From assembly GCA_015680685.1 (NCBI GenBank), contig MNCI01002656.1, positions 1 through 64,000 of the forward strand: DNA of 64,000 nucleotides, written 5' to 3'. The notes beneath the pieces are model-generated. The model did not search any database and was not told where the DNA came from. It was given only the letters and a program-made list of their open reading frames with translations. Source of the stretch: Gnetum montanum (Eukaryota; Plantae; Gnetophyta). The position numbers and the translations under genes are program-made. Below are positions 12,851 through 26,038 of this stretch, in pieces. Position 1 is the stretch's first letter; each line of letters opens with the position of its first letter.

Positions 12851-13279
12851 AAAAAAGGTTCCTTAAAAGGAATTCTAAAGTTGCATTAATAGATCCAAGG
12901 TGTCTTAGTGGATATAAATAAACATTGAGTGTTAGTTTTATATACTTTATAAGAATTAGAGAATAATATAACAATATCTTTAAAATGACTTAAAGTAACA
13001 AGCTTTTGTCTAGCAAGACAATAAGCTAACCACTTGAGCCATCTATCATTAGCTTACCCATGATTAGATGGCTATATGTACCCCTATGATACACAGCCAA
13101 CACAAATCTTTTGTAAAAATTTTATAATTCAACAATACCTATTAGAATCAAACTTAGAACTTGGAGATTCCAAATCAATATCTTTACCTAATGCCAGCTT
13201 GGAACTCAAATTACATATATGTATCATACATCTAAATGATATGTATATACTAAAACCTCGAACTTTATAGTTGTAATTT

Positions 13280-13438
13280 GGGGATGTCAGAACCCAAAAT
13301 AAGTGAAACATATGTATACCCCAAGATATATAGTCCAATTAGGACTCTATATAACTTAGCATTGCCCACTAGAATGAAACCTATGACCTGTAGCTTCCAA
13401 ATCAAGTGTCTTACTAATAGGCTAACACCTCATTGTTA
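13280..13438 (-). mobile_element. tRNA-derived SINE-like repeat (copy 1)
   Basis: Reverse complement aligns closely with 35196-35332; A-box-like TAGCCTA.TAG and degenerate B-box. Confidence 0.55.
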
Positions 13439-14883
13439 TTCATAGCCGTAATTTGAATATAAAGGTCAAGCTTACATATCAATCACTTTAGAGATCTTTT
13501 TGTAGTAAAAGAAAGGGACCTGACAATACTTGAATAAAGTTTCCTCTCATAATAACATTTACTTTATGTAACCAATGTGATATCCCTAGACATCCCCAAT
13601 CATATATGTAAATAAAAATTATACTATAATTTCCATTTTGTTGGCAAAACATATATATGAAAATCCTATGCCCTTTAGAATAATGAGGTGTTAGATTGGT
13701 GTTCAAAGTCTTGACATGAAAAACCCTAGTAATAGGTTTGATTTTAGTAGACAACATTGAGTTATGGATAAAAAATTTTGTAAAGGACTTGTGAAACTAG
13801 TGTGGTTAATATATCAAAGAAGAGTATGAGTTATGAACAAAAATATATTGCAAAAGGACTTGTAATTAAGAACTCTTGATTTAAACACCAAACATTGTAG
13901 CATGATTCCCTTTGTAATTAAAAAACAAAAAAGTTACTACATTGTAGAGCACATTATCATGTTGAATGGGTAAATTTGACTCACTATATAAATACCTTGT
14001 GAAATAAAAAATTGAAATTCAAAAACTCAAGCTATATACATTTCATACATTTCATAAAATAGAAAGATAGGTTGAATAAAATAGCATCTCAAATTAGCCA
14101 AGTAATTGTGTTCTTACTAAAGTTATCCCAAACTATTTTCACGATTGTAATAGTTATGTTATTACTGAAGTTCTCCCAAAGAATTTGTCCTTGTACACAC
14201 TATAGACATGTACATGGCCCAATGTCTTCCAAGTTTCACTCCCAATCCTACTTCCAGTGTACCTTCCAAACGCCAAAACAAGAATGACCCACATTTTTCT
14301 CTTCACCAAGAAGACAATAAACTCAAACATGGTTAGTGCAAGACATAGGTACAAGTAGCCCATTATAGAGTGGCATGGGCATGCCACACAGAGAGCCCTA
14401 TACCAACCAAAACATGACATGGCACATGCACCGGTCTCCTCAAGAAGAATTCCAAATGAAAAGCCCTACATACATGCACGTCTGTGCTTTGTGGGCACAT
14501 GAAGTGGCGTGGCACAAAGCATACATTTGTTTCTTAAACGACCACAACAACAACAACCCATGAAGCTGAGCCGGGAAGCAAATAAGTAGAGAAGCAATGC
14601 ATATTATTATGCAGCAACACCAAGTTCCAAAATTATAATATTACGCAGGGGTCAGGCTCAGGGTCACTTGTCATCACATGATTTTTTTCAAGGCAGCGCC
14701 TGTATCATCGCGTCCTAAGCGTTTCCGCTGGTACACAAATACGAATGCTATATGTGATCTGATTTCTCTGCTCTACGTCCAGAGAATTCGGATCATCATT
14801 TGCTTCATCTTCTGCTGTTTCTGTACTGCTTTTCTTTTTTAGTTTGCAATTCTTTGTTCCTGACAGGTCGCCAGGATTCGCCG

Positions 14884-14903
14884 GTTGTTGTTGTTGTTGT
14901 TGT
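14884..14903 (+). repeat. (GTT)n microsatellite in the probable 5' UTR of the TST gene
   Basis: gttgttgttgttgttgttgt. Confidence 0.8.
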
Positions 14904-15083
14904 TTTGTAGTAGGCTGTTCGTAAGGATTCCCGATCTTGCAGCGGATTCCTGCGTCCAAAAGTAGTTTTGTTTTTTTTGCCACACTGCGATCTGCGCTGC
15001 TGTTTTTTGGCTCTAGTTTGAGCTTCGAGTGCTCTCTGTTTTGAGCTCTGGTTCCGTATTTATCTTTTCGGCTGTTTTGAGCG

Positions 15084-15171
15084 ATGCGGAGCTGTAGAAG
15101 CTCGTGGCCTGTCGCCATTGTTGCCGCGATCGGCAACCTTCTCCAGGGATGGGATAATGCTACTATCGCAG
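15084..15171 (+). CDS. TMT: TST/TMT coding exon 1 (missed by the ORF track)
   Basis: ATG at 15084; encodes GNLLQGWDNATIA; donor G|GTCGG at 15172. Confidence 0.9.
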
Positions 15172-18100
15172 GTCGGTTGTTGATTTCTTTAGCTTATTGT
15201 TTTTTGTTGATCGTTCGAGGATTTGGATGTCCTTGAGTTAAATTTTATGAAAATTTGAACATGTTTGGTGTTAAGTTTGGTTTGCGTCTCTGCAGTCGGA
15301 GCTAACCCTAAACACTGCGAAATTTGAGTTTGAAAGTTGTGAAGGTCATCGCTGGAAATGATTTTCCGTTTTCATATCGTTTTTGGATGCTTTTCGGGGT
15401 GGAAATTGAAAGTCGGTTGACGTAGAATCGGACGAGACAGTTCTGAGATGTTTCTGATTGAAAATTGAACTGCGTGCTTAGGGAGTTGAGAATGTTTAGA
15501 ATGGATATGGAGTCCTTGTAACTTGTTTGCTTACGGAAAATGGATTCAATTCTTCTGAAACGGATTCGGAATTAGCATTGTTTGTTTTTATCTGGAAATG
15601 GGACGATTTGGGGTCATGTTTGGATGGTTTTCGGTTTGGAAATTGCAAGTCTTTTGACATGGATTCGGACGAGTGATTTCAGAGATGTTTTTGATTGAAA
15701 ATTGAATTTGAGTGTTTAGGGGCTTAGGAATGTTTAGAATGCATTTGGAGTCCCTGTAACTTGTTTTCTCTTGGAAAGTGGATTCAATTCTTCTGAAGTT
15801 TTGTTTGTTTTGTCTGGAAATTGGATTCAAGGCTTAGAAAACTAAAATTTTTTTAAAACGAGGTCCGATTCCATTTAAGTTGTTTCTCCTGATGTATGTA
15901 TTACGAACTCATTTAAAAAACCGAAGTCTTCCGTAATTTTTCCGGGATACGTTTTCAATGCCTTTGTTTGGAAATAGGTTTAGAAATTTAAAAATCTTTT
16001 GAAATGGATTCGGTGCACTGTTGAGGGTTTTTTCCCTGTGGAAACTGGATTGAATTCGTGAAAATCTGAAAACCTTTTAAAAAACAATGACCTTTGAGTC
16101 GCGTTCCGAAGCTGGAGTCATATTTGAAATATAGACTATCGTGAAAAGCGGATTTAGAATCTGTTTCAGTTATATCTGCTTGAAGATTGGATACACATTA
16201 AAAACGCATTTAGGAGCCTACTTCATGCCATGGACTTGTATTTCTTTTGAAACGTGTATTCAATGCTTAGGATTTTTTAAATTCAAGGGTAAAATTAACT
16301 GCCGTGTACCAATACTACGCCAAGTTACTGATAATACTGCATCGATCTTCCTGTTTCTTTAAAGCTGCGATACTATACATCAAGAGAGAATTTCACCTGG
16401 ACCCAACGGTTGAAGGAGTTATAGTGGCCATGTCACTGATTGGGGCAACAACCTTCACCTTCTTCTCTGGTCCAATGGCAGACTGGATAGGCAGACGCTC
16501 CATGCTCATAATCTCTTCGCTACTGTACACGGTGGGCTCTATTGTGATGTTCTGGTCGCCCGACGTATACATTCTGTGCCTAGGTCGACTGCTAGATGGC
16601 TTGGGCGTCGGCCTGGCTGTGACATTGGTGCCTGCGTACATTTCTGAGATTGCACCCTCCGATATACGGGGACAACTCAATACTTTGCCGCAACTTTGCG
16701 GTTCCGGTGGAATGTTTGTGTCGTACTGCATGGTCTTTGGGATGTCTTTGTTAAAAAATCCCAGTTGGAGACTGATGTTGGCCGTGCTATTTTTTCCGTC
16801 CGTGGTGTTTGTTATTCTGACCATCTTTTACTTGCCGGAATCTCCTCGGTGGCTTGTTAGCAAGGGGCGAATGAAGGAGGCTAAGCGCGTTCTCCAGGAA
16901 TTGCGTGGCAGGGAGGATGTTTCAGGTATTTATACCAACTCAGTATGTTGTTTTATTCTCAAATAAAATATATACGTTTCTCAATTTTAGTCATGTATGT
17001 CTATGCTCAAAACAGAACAACAGTACCCTCGTCTGTGTCAGGTTACTGACCAAATTAACAGATCAAGGTCTGTTGACAAGAGACCGACCATGAATTTAAA
17101 AACTTTTAAACAAAGAATTCTAGGGAATTCCATATTCAGACCAGGAACAATGAAAACCTAAGCGAACAGTTTAGAAGGCAACTTGAACTAGTATCTATTA
17201 TATTTGGTTCCTAGTATACTTAGATTTTCTACTAACATAATAAGTTCAGAATAGGGGCTATTATTTGGAGTGATATTAGAGTCCTAAGGCTTGGGTTTGT
17301 GCCTACAAATACTTGAAAAAAGGTCACCCTTGGGATCTCTTGGTGAGTTGAACATTGAGCTTCCCGGTGATGATCCTGTAAGCTCAGATTACCATTACCC
17401 TGTTTTGTAACCTCAAAATACTAATACTTTCTGATAAAGAAGACACAGGTATTCTACTGTCTGAATGGTCAATGGTTTTCAAACCATTCCGTGTAACTAA
17501 CAAATTGGTTGAGGAAAACTTAGAAGCAAATATAGGTTCTTTTTTTTTTTTGTTGGGAGGTTAGACTGAGAGGTCAGAATGTCTCAATGCAGTACGTCAG
17601 CATTTGTTTTTCTTTCATAGCACTCTTGAGATTCCTCTATTTGAGTCTAATGGAAGTAAACATTTCTATGCTGAAAATGAGCAGGGCCCTCCTTTGCTTT
17701 GGGAACTCTGACCCAAAAACTGCCTATGACTTTGAAACATTTTGATAAAGGACCCAAAGAATTTGATAGAAAATTTCAGGTCGATGGCAACTTGCAAACA
17801 GTTTAGAAGCTAATTTGACCCGTGTCAATCCTATGCTGTTACCATTCTGCTAAAATTTTGCAATAGCATGATAAGGTCAAAATTTTAGACATTTGTGATA
17901 AGGAGGACCTAGGAATTCTGATGTTTGAATGCACAAGAAGATTCAGAGGATTCTTGATAAATAATTTATTGGTTTCAGTCTACAGAGAATTCAGAAATAA
18001 GTTAGTGATGGTGCCGCGAATCTCTGGTATTGTGTTGAATGTGCAGGGGAAATGGCCCTGTTGGTTGAGGGTTTACAAGTGGGAGCCAGCACATCTCTAG

Positions 18101-19984
18101 AAGAGTACATCATTCACCCTGAGGATGTTGATGGTGGAGCTTTAGAGTCCACTGCAGAAAACATAAAGCTTTACGGCCCAGAGGAGGGCCTCTCCTGGAT
18201 AGCAAAACCTGTTGGAAGCGAAGCCGGGGGGCAAAGTTTCCTGTCGAGACATGGCAGTGTGGTGCACACACAGAGTGTGCCGCTCATGGACCCTGTGGTC
18301 ACATTGTTTGGGAGTCTCCGCAGTGCAACTGGAGATCATTTTCCGGAGACTGGAAGCATGAGGAGCATTCTTGGAAACATGTTGAATGCAGAGGGGCATC
18401 ATTATGATGCAGGGGAATATGAGAAAAATGATCAGTGGGATGAAGAAGCAGGACAGAGAGATGGCGATGAGGGATACGGTTCTGAAGAAGATCCTGCAGC
18501 AGCAGATCTTGAAGAAAATCTGAACAGTCCCCTGCTTTCCAGACATGGCAGTAGGTGGGATCACACAGGCCACCCTCCGGCAGACACATTTTCGAATTCC
18601 ATGTCCAATGTGCTCTACAGGGGTGGTTCCAGGGGCGCTGCAGTCCACCATAGACAAGCTAGTTCAATGAGCATGCCTCGCCATGGTAGTGCTATCAGTG
18701 CTCACCCTGGCAGTGTGGTGGGATCCTTTACTGCAGGCAGCACCGGCGGCATTGGAGGGGGATGGCAGTTGGCTTGGAGATGGACAACACCTGATGGCAA
18801 AGAGGCCAAACCTGCCGAGGGTAGTTTCAAGAGAATTTTCTTACTGCAAGAAGGTGGAACTCATTCACGCAGGGCTTCCATGATGTCTCTGCCTAGTGTG
18901 AATGCTCCAGGTGAAATGGAGCCCATTCAAGCTGCTGCATTGGTCAGTCAGCCGGCACTGTTCTCCAAGGAGCTTTTGGAGGAAAACCCAGTTGGGCCTG
19001 CAATGGTGCACCCCTCTGAAACTGCTGTCAAGGGCCCTAGATGGACTGACCTATTTGAGGGTGGTGTTAGACGGGCTCTCATTGTAGGTATTGGAATTCA
19101 ACTTCTTCAACAGGTAAAACAGACCGACATTGTGCATGTATTTCAACCATATTTGCACTCTTTCCGTAATGACGATCAATATTTCCCTGAACGTTCATCT
19201 GATGGTTTGATTTATCATTGCATACACAGTTTTGCGGTATCAATGGGGTTCTGTATTATACCCCCCAGATCCTTAAGCAGTCAGGGGCAAACATCCTGAT
19301 CTCAAATATGGGTATAAGCTCAGACTCCGCTTCTCTATTGATCAGTGCCTTCACAAGTTTTCTGATGCTTCCTTGCATTTTTATTGCAATGAAGCTCATG
19401 GATGTATCTGGCAGAAGGTAAACTGCTATTCAATTTTTGAATTCTCTTTCAAGATGTTTGATTTAGAAAGCAATTTATCATATATGTGCGGTTGCTGATG
19501 TAGATGAAATTCCTTCATGTCACTATTTTGCAGAAAGCTTCTGCTGACAACGATTCCCATTCTGATTTTCGCGGTTTTAATCGTGGTTGTTTCACACGCT
19601 GTGAAGATGGGCGAAGTTGCATCAGCGGCGTTGTCATGTGTTGGTGTGATTACTTATATTTGCTGCTTCGTCATGGGTTTTGGACCTATACCAAACATCA
19701 TATGTGCAGAAATCTTTCCTACCAGAGTCCGTGGTGTCTGCATTGCCCTATGTGCACTGACATTTTGGATTGGAGATATCATTGTCACTTACACACTGCC
19801 TCAACTGTTGGTGGTGCTGAAGTTGCCTGGGGTATTCGGCTTGTATGCTGTGGTTTGTGTCATAGCTTGGATATTTGTGTTCCTGAGGGTTCCAGAGACA
19901 AAGGGAATGCCTCTGGAAGTCATCACAGAGTTTTTTGCAATGTCTGCTGCAAGTATTAAGCAGAGCTTCAAAGCTCAGGAGTGA
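15084..19984 (+). CDS. TMT: Tonoplast sugar (monosaccharide) transporter, TST/TMT/MSSP family, MFS; join(15084..15171,16365..16925,18047..19113,19230..19417,19534..19984), 2355 nt, 784 aa
   Basis: Exon 1 reads MRSCRSSWPVAIVAAIGNLLQGWDNATIA, the family's N-terminal motif. Later exons carry D..GRR, PESPRWLVSKGR, the long central loop with GIGGGWQLAW, QQFCGINGVLYYTPQIL, GPIPNIICAEIFPTRVRG and VPETKGMPLEVITEFFA. All four introns are GT-AG with matching phases (1,1,0,2). No internal stops. Confidence 0.95.
15390..15830 (+). repeat. Diverged ~237-bp tandem duplication in TST intron 1
   Basis: ggaaattgaaagtc...gagatgtttctgattgaaaattgaa...ggagtccttgtaacttg...tggattcaattcttctgaa (~15400-15560) recurs at ~15637-15797. 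Confidence 0.75.
16365..16925 (+). CDS. TMT: TST/TMT coding exon 2
   Basis: Pyrimidine tract plus AAG acceptor ending 16364; AILYIKREF...REDVS; donor G|GTATT at 16926. Confidence 0.9.
18047..19113 (+). CDS. TMT: TST/TMT coding exon 3 (large cytosolic loop)
   Basis: TGCAG acceptor; GEMALLVEGL...GIQLLQQ; donor CAG|GTAAAA at 19114. Confidence 0.93.
19230..19417 (+). CDS. TMT: TST/TMT coding exon 4
   Basis: CACAG acceptor; FCGINGVLYYTPQIL...MDVSGR; donor AG|GTAAAC. Confidence 0.93.
19534..19984 (+). CDS. TMT: TST/TMT coding exon 5
   Basis: TTTTGCAG acceptor; KLLLTTIPIL...PETKGMPLEV; TGA at 19982-19984. Confidence 0.93.
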
Positions 19985-20959
19985 AGTGAATGTTTGGTTT
20001 CTTGTTATTCAATTTGTTTTGGGAGATGACTTTTACATGGGGGATGGATCAGGCTCTGATCTTCACTGGAAATTTAGAAAGTAAGTAGGAAGGTTTTAGT
20101 ATTTTCTTGGAAGTAAAAGAAATTGGGGGGAGACAGCAGGCCACAAAACAGTGGGAGCTGTTGTCTCCGGATTTGCTGCAGAAGAATGTCTAAAAGCTTC
20201 ATTATTTGGTTCTAGTTCCTACAATAACGAAAATGCCGGACCCAGCCACACGAGGAAGAAGAGAGATGCTCTGCTTATTGTTTGTCAAAGTTTTTGTTTA
20301 CCAAGATTTCCGTTTCCATGAATGGCAGTTTTCTCAAAGTATTATTCTTTTTGAGATGTTTGATGCAATCTAAATGATCACCGTTGTGCTGTTATAATGA
20401 TTCATGTGAAGCTTCAATGCATTTTTTGATTATACTTAAATCAAGGTACTTGATATCATAGTAGTATTGGCAACACCATAATGATGTTGCTTCCGATACG
20501 TTTAAGCACAGTAGCATGAAACAGTGACTTATTTTAAGCTAAAGCAAGGATCGCTGATGATTATGTATTTTAAATAACCTTTCAAATGGAGCAGATCTAC
20601 TCTCTCCTAATAGAAAATGATGTTTGTTGCAGGGTCATGTCCTCTGAAGTCTTTGTTCTAACATTTTGTTAAAAATGGGGTATCTTTTCTGTCCGATGCT
20701 TTAAAAAGGTACCTCCTTTGGCAAAGGGGATCTTTGTAAGATAAGATTAAAACCTTTTTATTTATTGATTTGGCATTTTCTTCTTTTGTGAAACATTGTT
20801 CTTATGGTAGTTGATAAAGTCCAATTTTATTATATAAAAGACATGATAGCAATGAAATTGATATGATGTCAATTATTGTTGATGCCAACATTGCCCATGT
20901 TAGGCATAGGGCATGATCAACAAGTCTAATTCCCTGGCACCAAGCACAAATTAATTTGT

Positions 20960-22050
20960 ATAAGCATGTTTTAGGGCCCGGTTCATAATGGCAAGCTTTT
21001 GGTGGCGATTATGTTGCCATGCCATGATAGTATGGACGTAATGGCCCATGTGGTGTAGAACGTGGGATACGTAGCAGTTGTAGAGGTGGCGTAATTGATG
21101 ATGGTGGTGCTTGGAGTTGCATGCATTATAGGAGTTATGTTGGTGATAATCTCCAATGGTGGAGAACGTGGTGGGAGTTATGTCCAGGTGGTGGTAGTCT
21201 TGGGCATTATGGAAGTTGCGTAACAACCCGGGTGGTGGGCGTAATCAACGCGAGACATCGGCATTTAAATACTTAGATGAGCGACTCTAAAAGCAGAGGA
21301 GTGGACATTGTGGGGGTAGGAGGGGCGTGACCTCCTTTCTCTCTGGCACGACGACGTGGTGCTAGATGGTGGGTAGCACTTGCAGCCTTCCCTTTCTCTC
21401 TTGCAGCAGCAAGGCACTCTATAGAGATGATTGTGGGGGGAAGTAGGGGACTCTCATCCCCAATGGGGGACTAAGCAATAGGTGGTAGGTAGATCATCTA
21501 TCAAGGACTCCCCTCTCCAGAGAAAACCAGCAGACAATGGTTTATCTTTCTTTGGTTTATTGTCATTGGCCAGCCTCTCCCCTCTTCGGTAGGGTACATG
21601 ATGGTGGCAATTGTAATAGCAACGATGACATGTGGCAACTATAGCGGGTGGCAGTAGGCAACCTCCTTGTGTAGCGCGTGATAGGCAGGTGAGCTCCCGA
21701 GGTAGTAGTGGCAGACGCAGATGCACAAACAATGATGTGCTAGCAACAGTGGGGCATGTGGTAGGCTATGGTGGGCCTTCCCTTTCCTAAGTAGCAACTA
21801 GAAAACCCGCGACAGTGATAATACTCGTAGCAATTGCAAGAACAACGGTTGGCAACCTTTTTTCCAGCTAAAGGCGATGATGGTGGCAGCAGCATTAGCG
21901 ATGCATCAGAAGCAATGAGGTGCATGAGGTTTTTTTTTTCTCTTTAGCGATGAAGGCAATGCGGGTGTGCAGCAGACCAAGCGTATGATGCATTGGTCCC
22001 TGACTATGGGTGTGTGGCATTCATTGCAGCAAGCGATCTTTCTTGTTAGT
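20960..22050. mobile_element. Unclassified GC-rich degenerate TE remnant (possibly a non-autonomous DNA transposon)
   Basis: Abrupt shift to G-rich sequence with recurring CGTAA(T)/CATTAT sub-repeats; no coding signal; truncated by the LTR of element A. Confidence 0.3.
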
Positions 22051-22059
22051 GATGAAGCT

Positions 22060-22885
22060 GTAACATACACCAGACTTTAACCAGTGAAACCTTGGGTTAG
22101 AATGGTCGTTGTCATCCTAATCTCACTTGTGAGGTTCTGTTTACGATGGTTAAGTGAGACTAAGGCTAATGATTTTTATAGCTTTTTAATTATCTTTTTG
22201 GGTGACTAATTATCTTGGAAAGTAAGGTTAGAATATTAATTAATCTAAGATTATCTCAATCTAAATCTTAACTATTCCTAACATAAGTATCCGGTCCCAT
22301 CTTCCAAGCACGTTCTAAGCATCTCCTAACACTTCTGGGTTACTAGACGTTAAGAGTCATTAGGTTTACCAAGTGTTTGAGTTACGTTCGAGATGGTCGT
22401 ACTCATGGCCTTTAAGAACTACGAATGAACAATAGCGATTGAAATCATAATAACAAAAACTTAAGTAATTAACAAGTAACTAATAAAGCATAAACATATA
22501 AAACTATTGAATGCATAAAATAGCTAAGTCCAAATGCTGCAAGGAATGCTTGAATAGTTTATCTTTATTGCCGTTACGTCAATGGGCTGAGATACATCAA
22601 CGCTCGAATAAAGAGTCGATCACTTTTCTTACACCTGCTGTGGGCACTTGGAAAATATTCTATCTCCTGCAGGAACAAACTGCAAGAGCTTCGCTACAAC
22701 TAACTGAAAAGGTGCCTAAATGAGGCGGAAGGCTCTTTTATTTATAGGCCGGGATAGGCAGCTATGTAAATGGGGCCATGTCGACGTAGGAAGGCTACGT
22801 TGACGGGCCCGCGTCGATGCAGTCACGTATACATGGCTGCGTATACACGGCCCAGTCGACGCATTGACTGAATGACACTTCATCA
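22060..22885 (-). repeat. 3' LTR of element A (truncated at its outer end)
   Basis: Colinear with 34090-34865; ends TTCATCA. Confidence 0.9.
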
Positions 22886-23124
22886 TACCCCCACGACTAA
22901 GCAAAAACTTGTTCGTGAGTTACTTTACAATTTGGAAGGTATGGATTTTTATTTACAACACACATAACTTAAACAAATACATGACACAACATGAAATTGA
23001 CCAAGTGCCCGAGTTACAGAGGAGGACAAGTTACAAAAATGGCGGTGTTCAGGGACAAAATTGAACACTTCGCTAGTCCCGGAGCCTCTGCTATGTAGGA
23101 TGATGCACAAAATTGCTAGAGACG

Positions 23125-26038
23125 ATCACACCGTCCTTGGGGGTGGTGGTTCTAACGGACCTTCTCCAGCCTTTGGCCTATGCGTTGGTGGTGGCACGGA
23201 TGACGGTTGTCTCGCAGCAGCTGCAACTTTTGGAGGTAGCTAAAAATCCTCCAAGAGAGCCCTCATTTTTTCTTCTTTGCTTTTGGGATCGTTCACTGTC
23301 TAGGCCGCTTCTCCAATGTGTGCTAGAATTGGAACCTCCTAAGGGCATGGAAGTGCTGGAAGGAGTTCTTTTAGGTTGACAAACCAGGCTGCGAACTGCT
23401 TACGTTTGATGTTGAATGCTTGGATTGATGCCTGCAGCTGCTGGTAGTCATTCATTCTATAACCCAGGTCCTCTGCAACTATATGTTGTCCTTCAAAGCT
23501 TGTGCGGAGGACCTCGAGTTCCACGTTTGTCGTTGCCAACTTTTGTTTTGTCGCCTTATGTGCCTGGAACTCACCCTCGTATAGGAAATACGAGGTGACC
23601 ACTTGCTTCTCTAATTCTGACCGCGGTCTCCCAGTTGTGAGCATAGCTAGGTTTGCATATCGGAGGTTGGCAAACTCCATGTATTCTATCATCTCCTCAA
23701 TCTGTAGCTCCTTTAGGTGGATTTCAGCTTTATTGTAGTCGTTCAACCCATCGAAAATAGGTTGCCATGCATCGCCTCACTCTCAGAGCTGTTGGAGTGC
23801 TTGGTTCATCTTGGCCTTTACAACATGAATATGCTTTTCGTTCACTTCCTTCTGCAATCCCACTTGGTCCTTGTAATGATTTTTGACTTTTTCAAATTTT
23901 AGGGCCTCGTTTTTCTAAGTGGCAATTTCAATTGTAGACTTCTGTCGCAATGCCCGAACCTCCTCCATTGACAGATTTCGATTTTCAGCAGCCAACCTTC
24001 TTATGTCAGCGTTCACCCTGGCTAGCTCCTCTTGCTGTTGGTGGATGAAATTTTTTATGTGTTCATTCTCTGCACCAACATTGCGTAGGCGATGAACCTT
24101 CGCGGTCAACCGCACATTCTCTTAGCGAACCTCTGTCAAGTCCTTGTCTAAGCGATGTGCTCGGGCGTCGGCCACGGACTTGTCGAAGATTGCCATCTCT
24201 CGCACATCCTCAATGATTTGAAGTTTAAGTTGAAGCTATTGAAAAACTTTATCTCTAGTGATTTCGCAGTTGAGGATGGCTGGATCGGCAAGCTGGGCTC
24301 TTAATTGGGCTACCTTAGTTGCCAAGCGCTGACAAGCAACTTGAGCAGCTTCAAGTTGCCCTTCCAAAACAAGGCTCTTGCCCCTTGCCGAGAGTAGCTC
24401 CGATTGGGTTGCAGTAATGTTGTCCGGAAGGTCGAAGACATCTGGAAGCGGTTGCCTGGTTCCCACCAGTCGGTCCAACAACTCTTCATGTTGGGCTGCA
24501 TCAATCAGGCTAAGTGAAGTTCAAGCAGACACCTGTACATCTTGTAGTCCATGAATGTTTGGTACAAGTGCTGCTGGTGCATTGAGAGCCGTAGTAATTG
24601 TGTCAGCAACCACTTCAGCTGCAACTTCCTGTCCCTGGTGCTGCATCACTAGGACCATCGCCTCTTCACCATCTTCCAAGCGTACCGAGAAGGTAGTAGC
24701 ATTCCTTGAGATTTTGGGGAATAACTGTTGGGTTAAGGCTGATACATCTCGGATGCTTGGATCTATTCTGGTTGGAACTTGTGCTCTGGCGGTGGAGAAT
24801 ATCGACCCTGCCCTTTCAAGTAAGCTAACTGATTAAGCCACTTGCTCCAGGTGGCTCATGGTAGGGCGATAGACCAAAGGGTCTTCTCCTCCACTAGTCC
24901 TGTCGGATTGCTCTTGTTGGCTCAAGAGCATTTTTTGAATCTTGCGGATGTATTCTGTCATGGTTTGTGAGCCTGACTGCATTGTTTGTGCAAGTGGTGG
25001 AGGTGGTTGCTGCTCCTCCTCTGTCTGTGTGGCGGTAGGAGTTTTATCTTTCATCATCTCTCCCCATGAGGCAATCGGGGCATGCCGGACTACATCATTG
25101 GAATATCGTGCTATCCCTGCCCGTTTGCACAACTTTTGAATTAGGCAGGAGAAAGGGAGAGCTTGTCTTCCATGTTCGTTCTCAACGAACCTTTTTTCAA
25201 TCTCCAAAAACAGTAGCCGTGGAAGACTCATTGAGAATTTCCCACTCAAGGTGGCACATGCACTAGTGGAGAAGGCTGTGATTTTGCTAGGTCTTACCGT
25301 TGGGTTTAGGTGGTAAGATGCGATCTTTGAGTACACTCTCTCCGCCGTGGTTAGAGAGCCGAATTCCTTGTGCTTTACCCCATAGCACTATTTGGTCCAT
25401 TCTGCCTTTACCTCTGGATCGACCTGCTTTGGAATTTCTACCACATCTGCCCCAATTTCAGGCAACCCCAGAGCCTGCGCTATTGCCTCTGAAGAGTAAA
25501 AGACATAAATGTCTTTGATTCTTACTCTAGACCCTGGTTGCCAATTCGTCCAGAAGAGATAAGTTTCTCCTAAGTACCATTCACCACTGGTTGTGATGAT
25601 TGGCCACATCGGAAAGTTTTGCAGTTGGAGCCTCACTTCTTCTGGCGCGTTCTCGAGGAATGGTCCAAAATTTAGCTATTGAATGACCATTCGTTGCATC
25701 TCGTGCGACATGATAGCATCAAGGTAGGCTTGGGTTAGGGTGACCTCAAGCCGTGGTGCTATCCCAGGAGTCTCATCCTCGAGCGATTGCTCGCCGGGAA
25801 TCTCCTCTTTGGGAATTTGATGAATAGATTCCACGTTAGGTCTTTCGTGGAAGGGCCTAGTTGCATGAGATCCCTCCACATGCTCTAGTGATTGCACACC
25901 TTGTCCCCTTTCTATGCATGGGCACTTATCCCTTGGTTGTGATGGTCCTTCATCCCTTGGGTGCCTCGATTTGGGTGTCATTTGCAAACGAACATAACCG
26001 CCTGTTAGACCATTCATAAATAGCTTAAAATGGTCCAT
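23125..26038 (-). pseudogene. ~950-aa accessory ('env-like') ORF of element A: putative plant transposon protein domain + coiled coil
   Basis: Six ORF-track fragments (starts 26038, 25636, 25336, 24481, 24115, 23746) are all in one frame and broken only by point stops. LPFSCLIQKLCKRAGI resembles the LPFPSLIT.LC..AGV signature of Athila-type extra ORFs. The C-terminal half is heptad-rich. Confidence 0.75.

Noticed and set aside
12757-13438. Functional tRNA genes
   Set aside because: A/B boxes are degenerate and no intact cloverleaf is visible; treated as SINE-like relics.
14705-15136. 143-aa minus-strand ORF with poly-Q
   Set aside because: Antisense to the TST 5' UTR and exon 1; starts at a non-ATG codon; the poly-Q comes from the GTT microsatellite.
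16393-18657. Minus-strand ORFs overlapping TST exons
   Set aside because: Shadow ORFs with no recognisable motifs.
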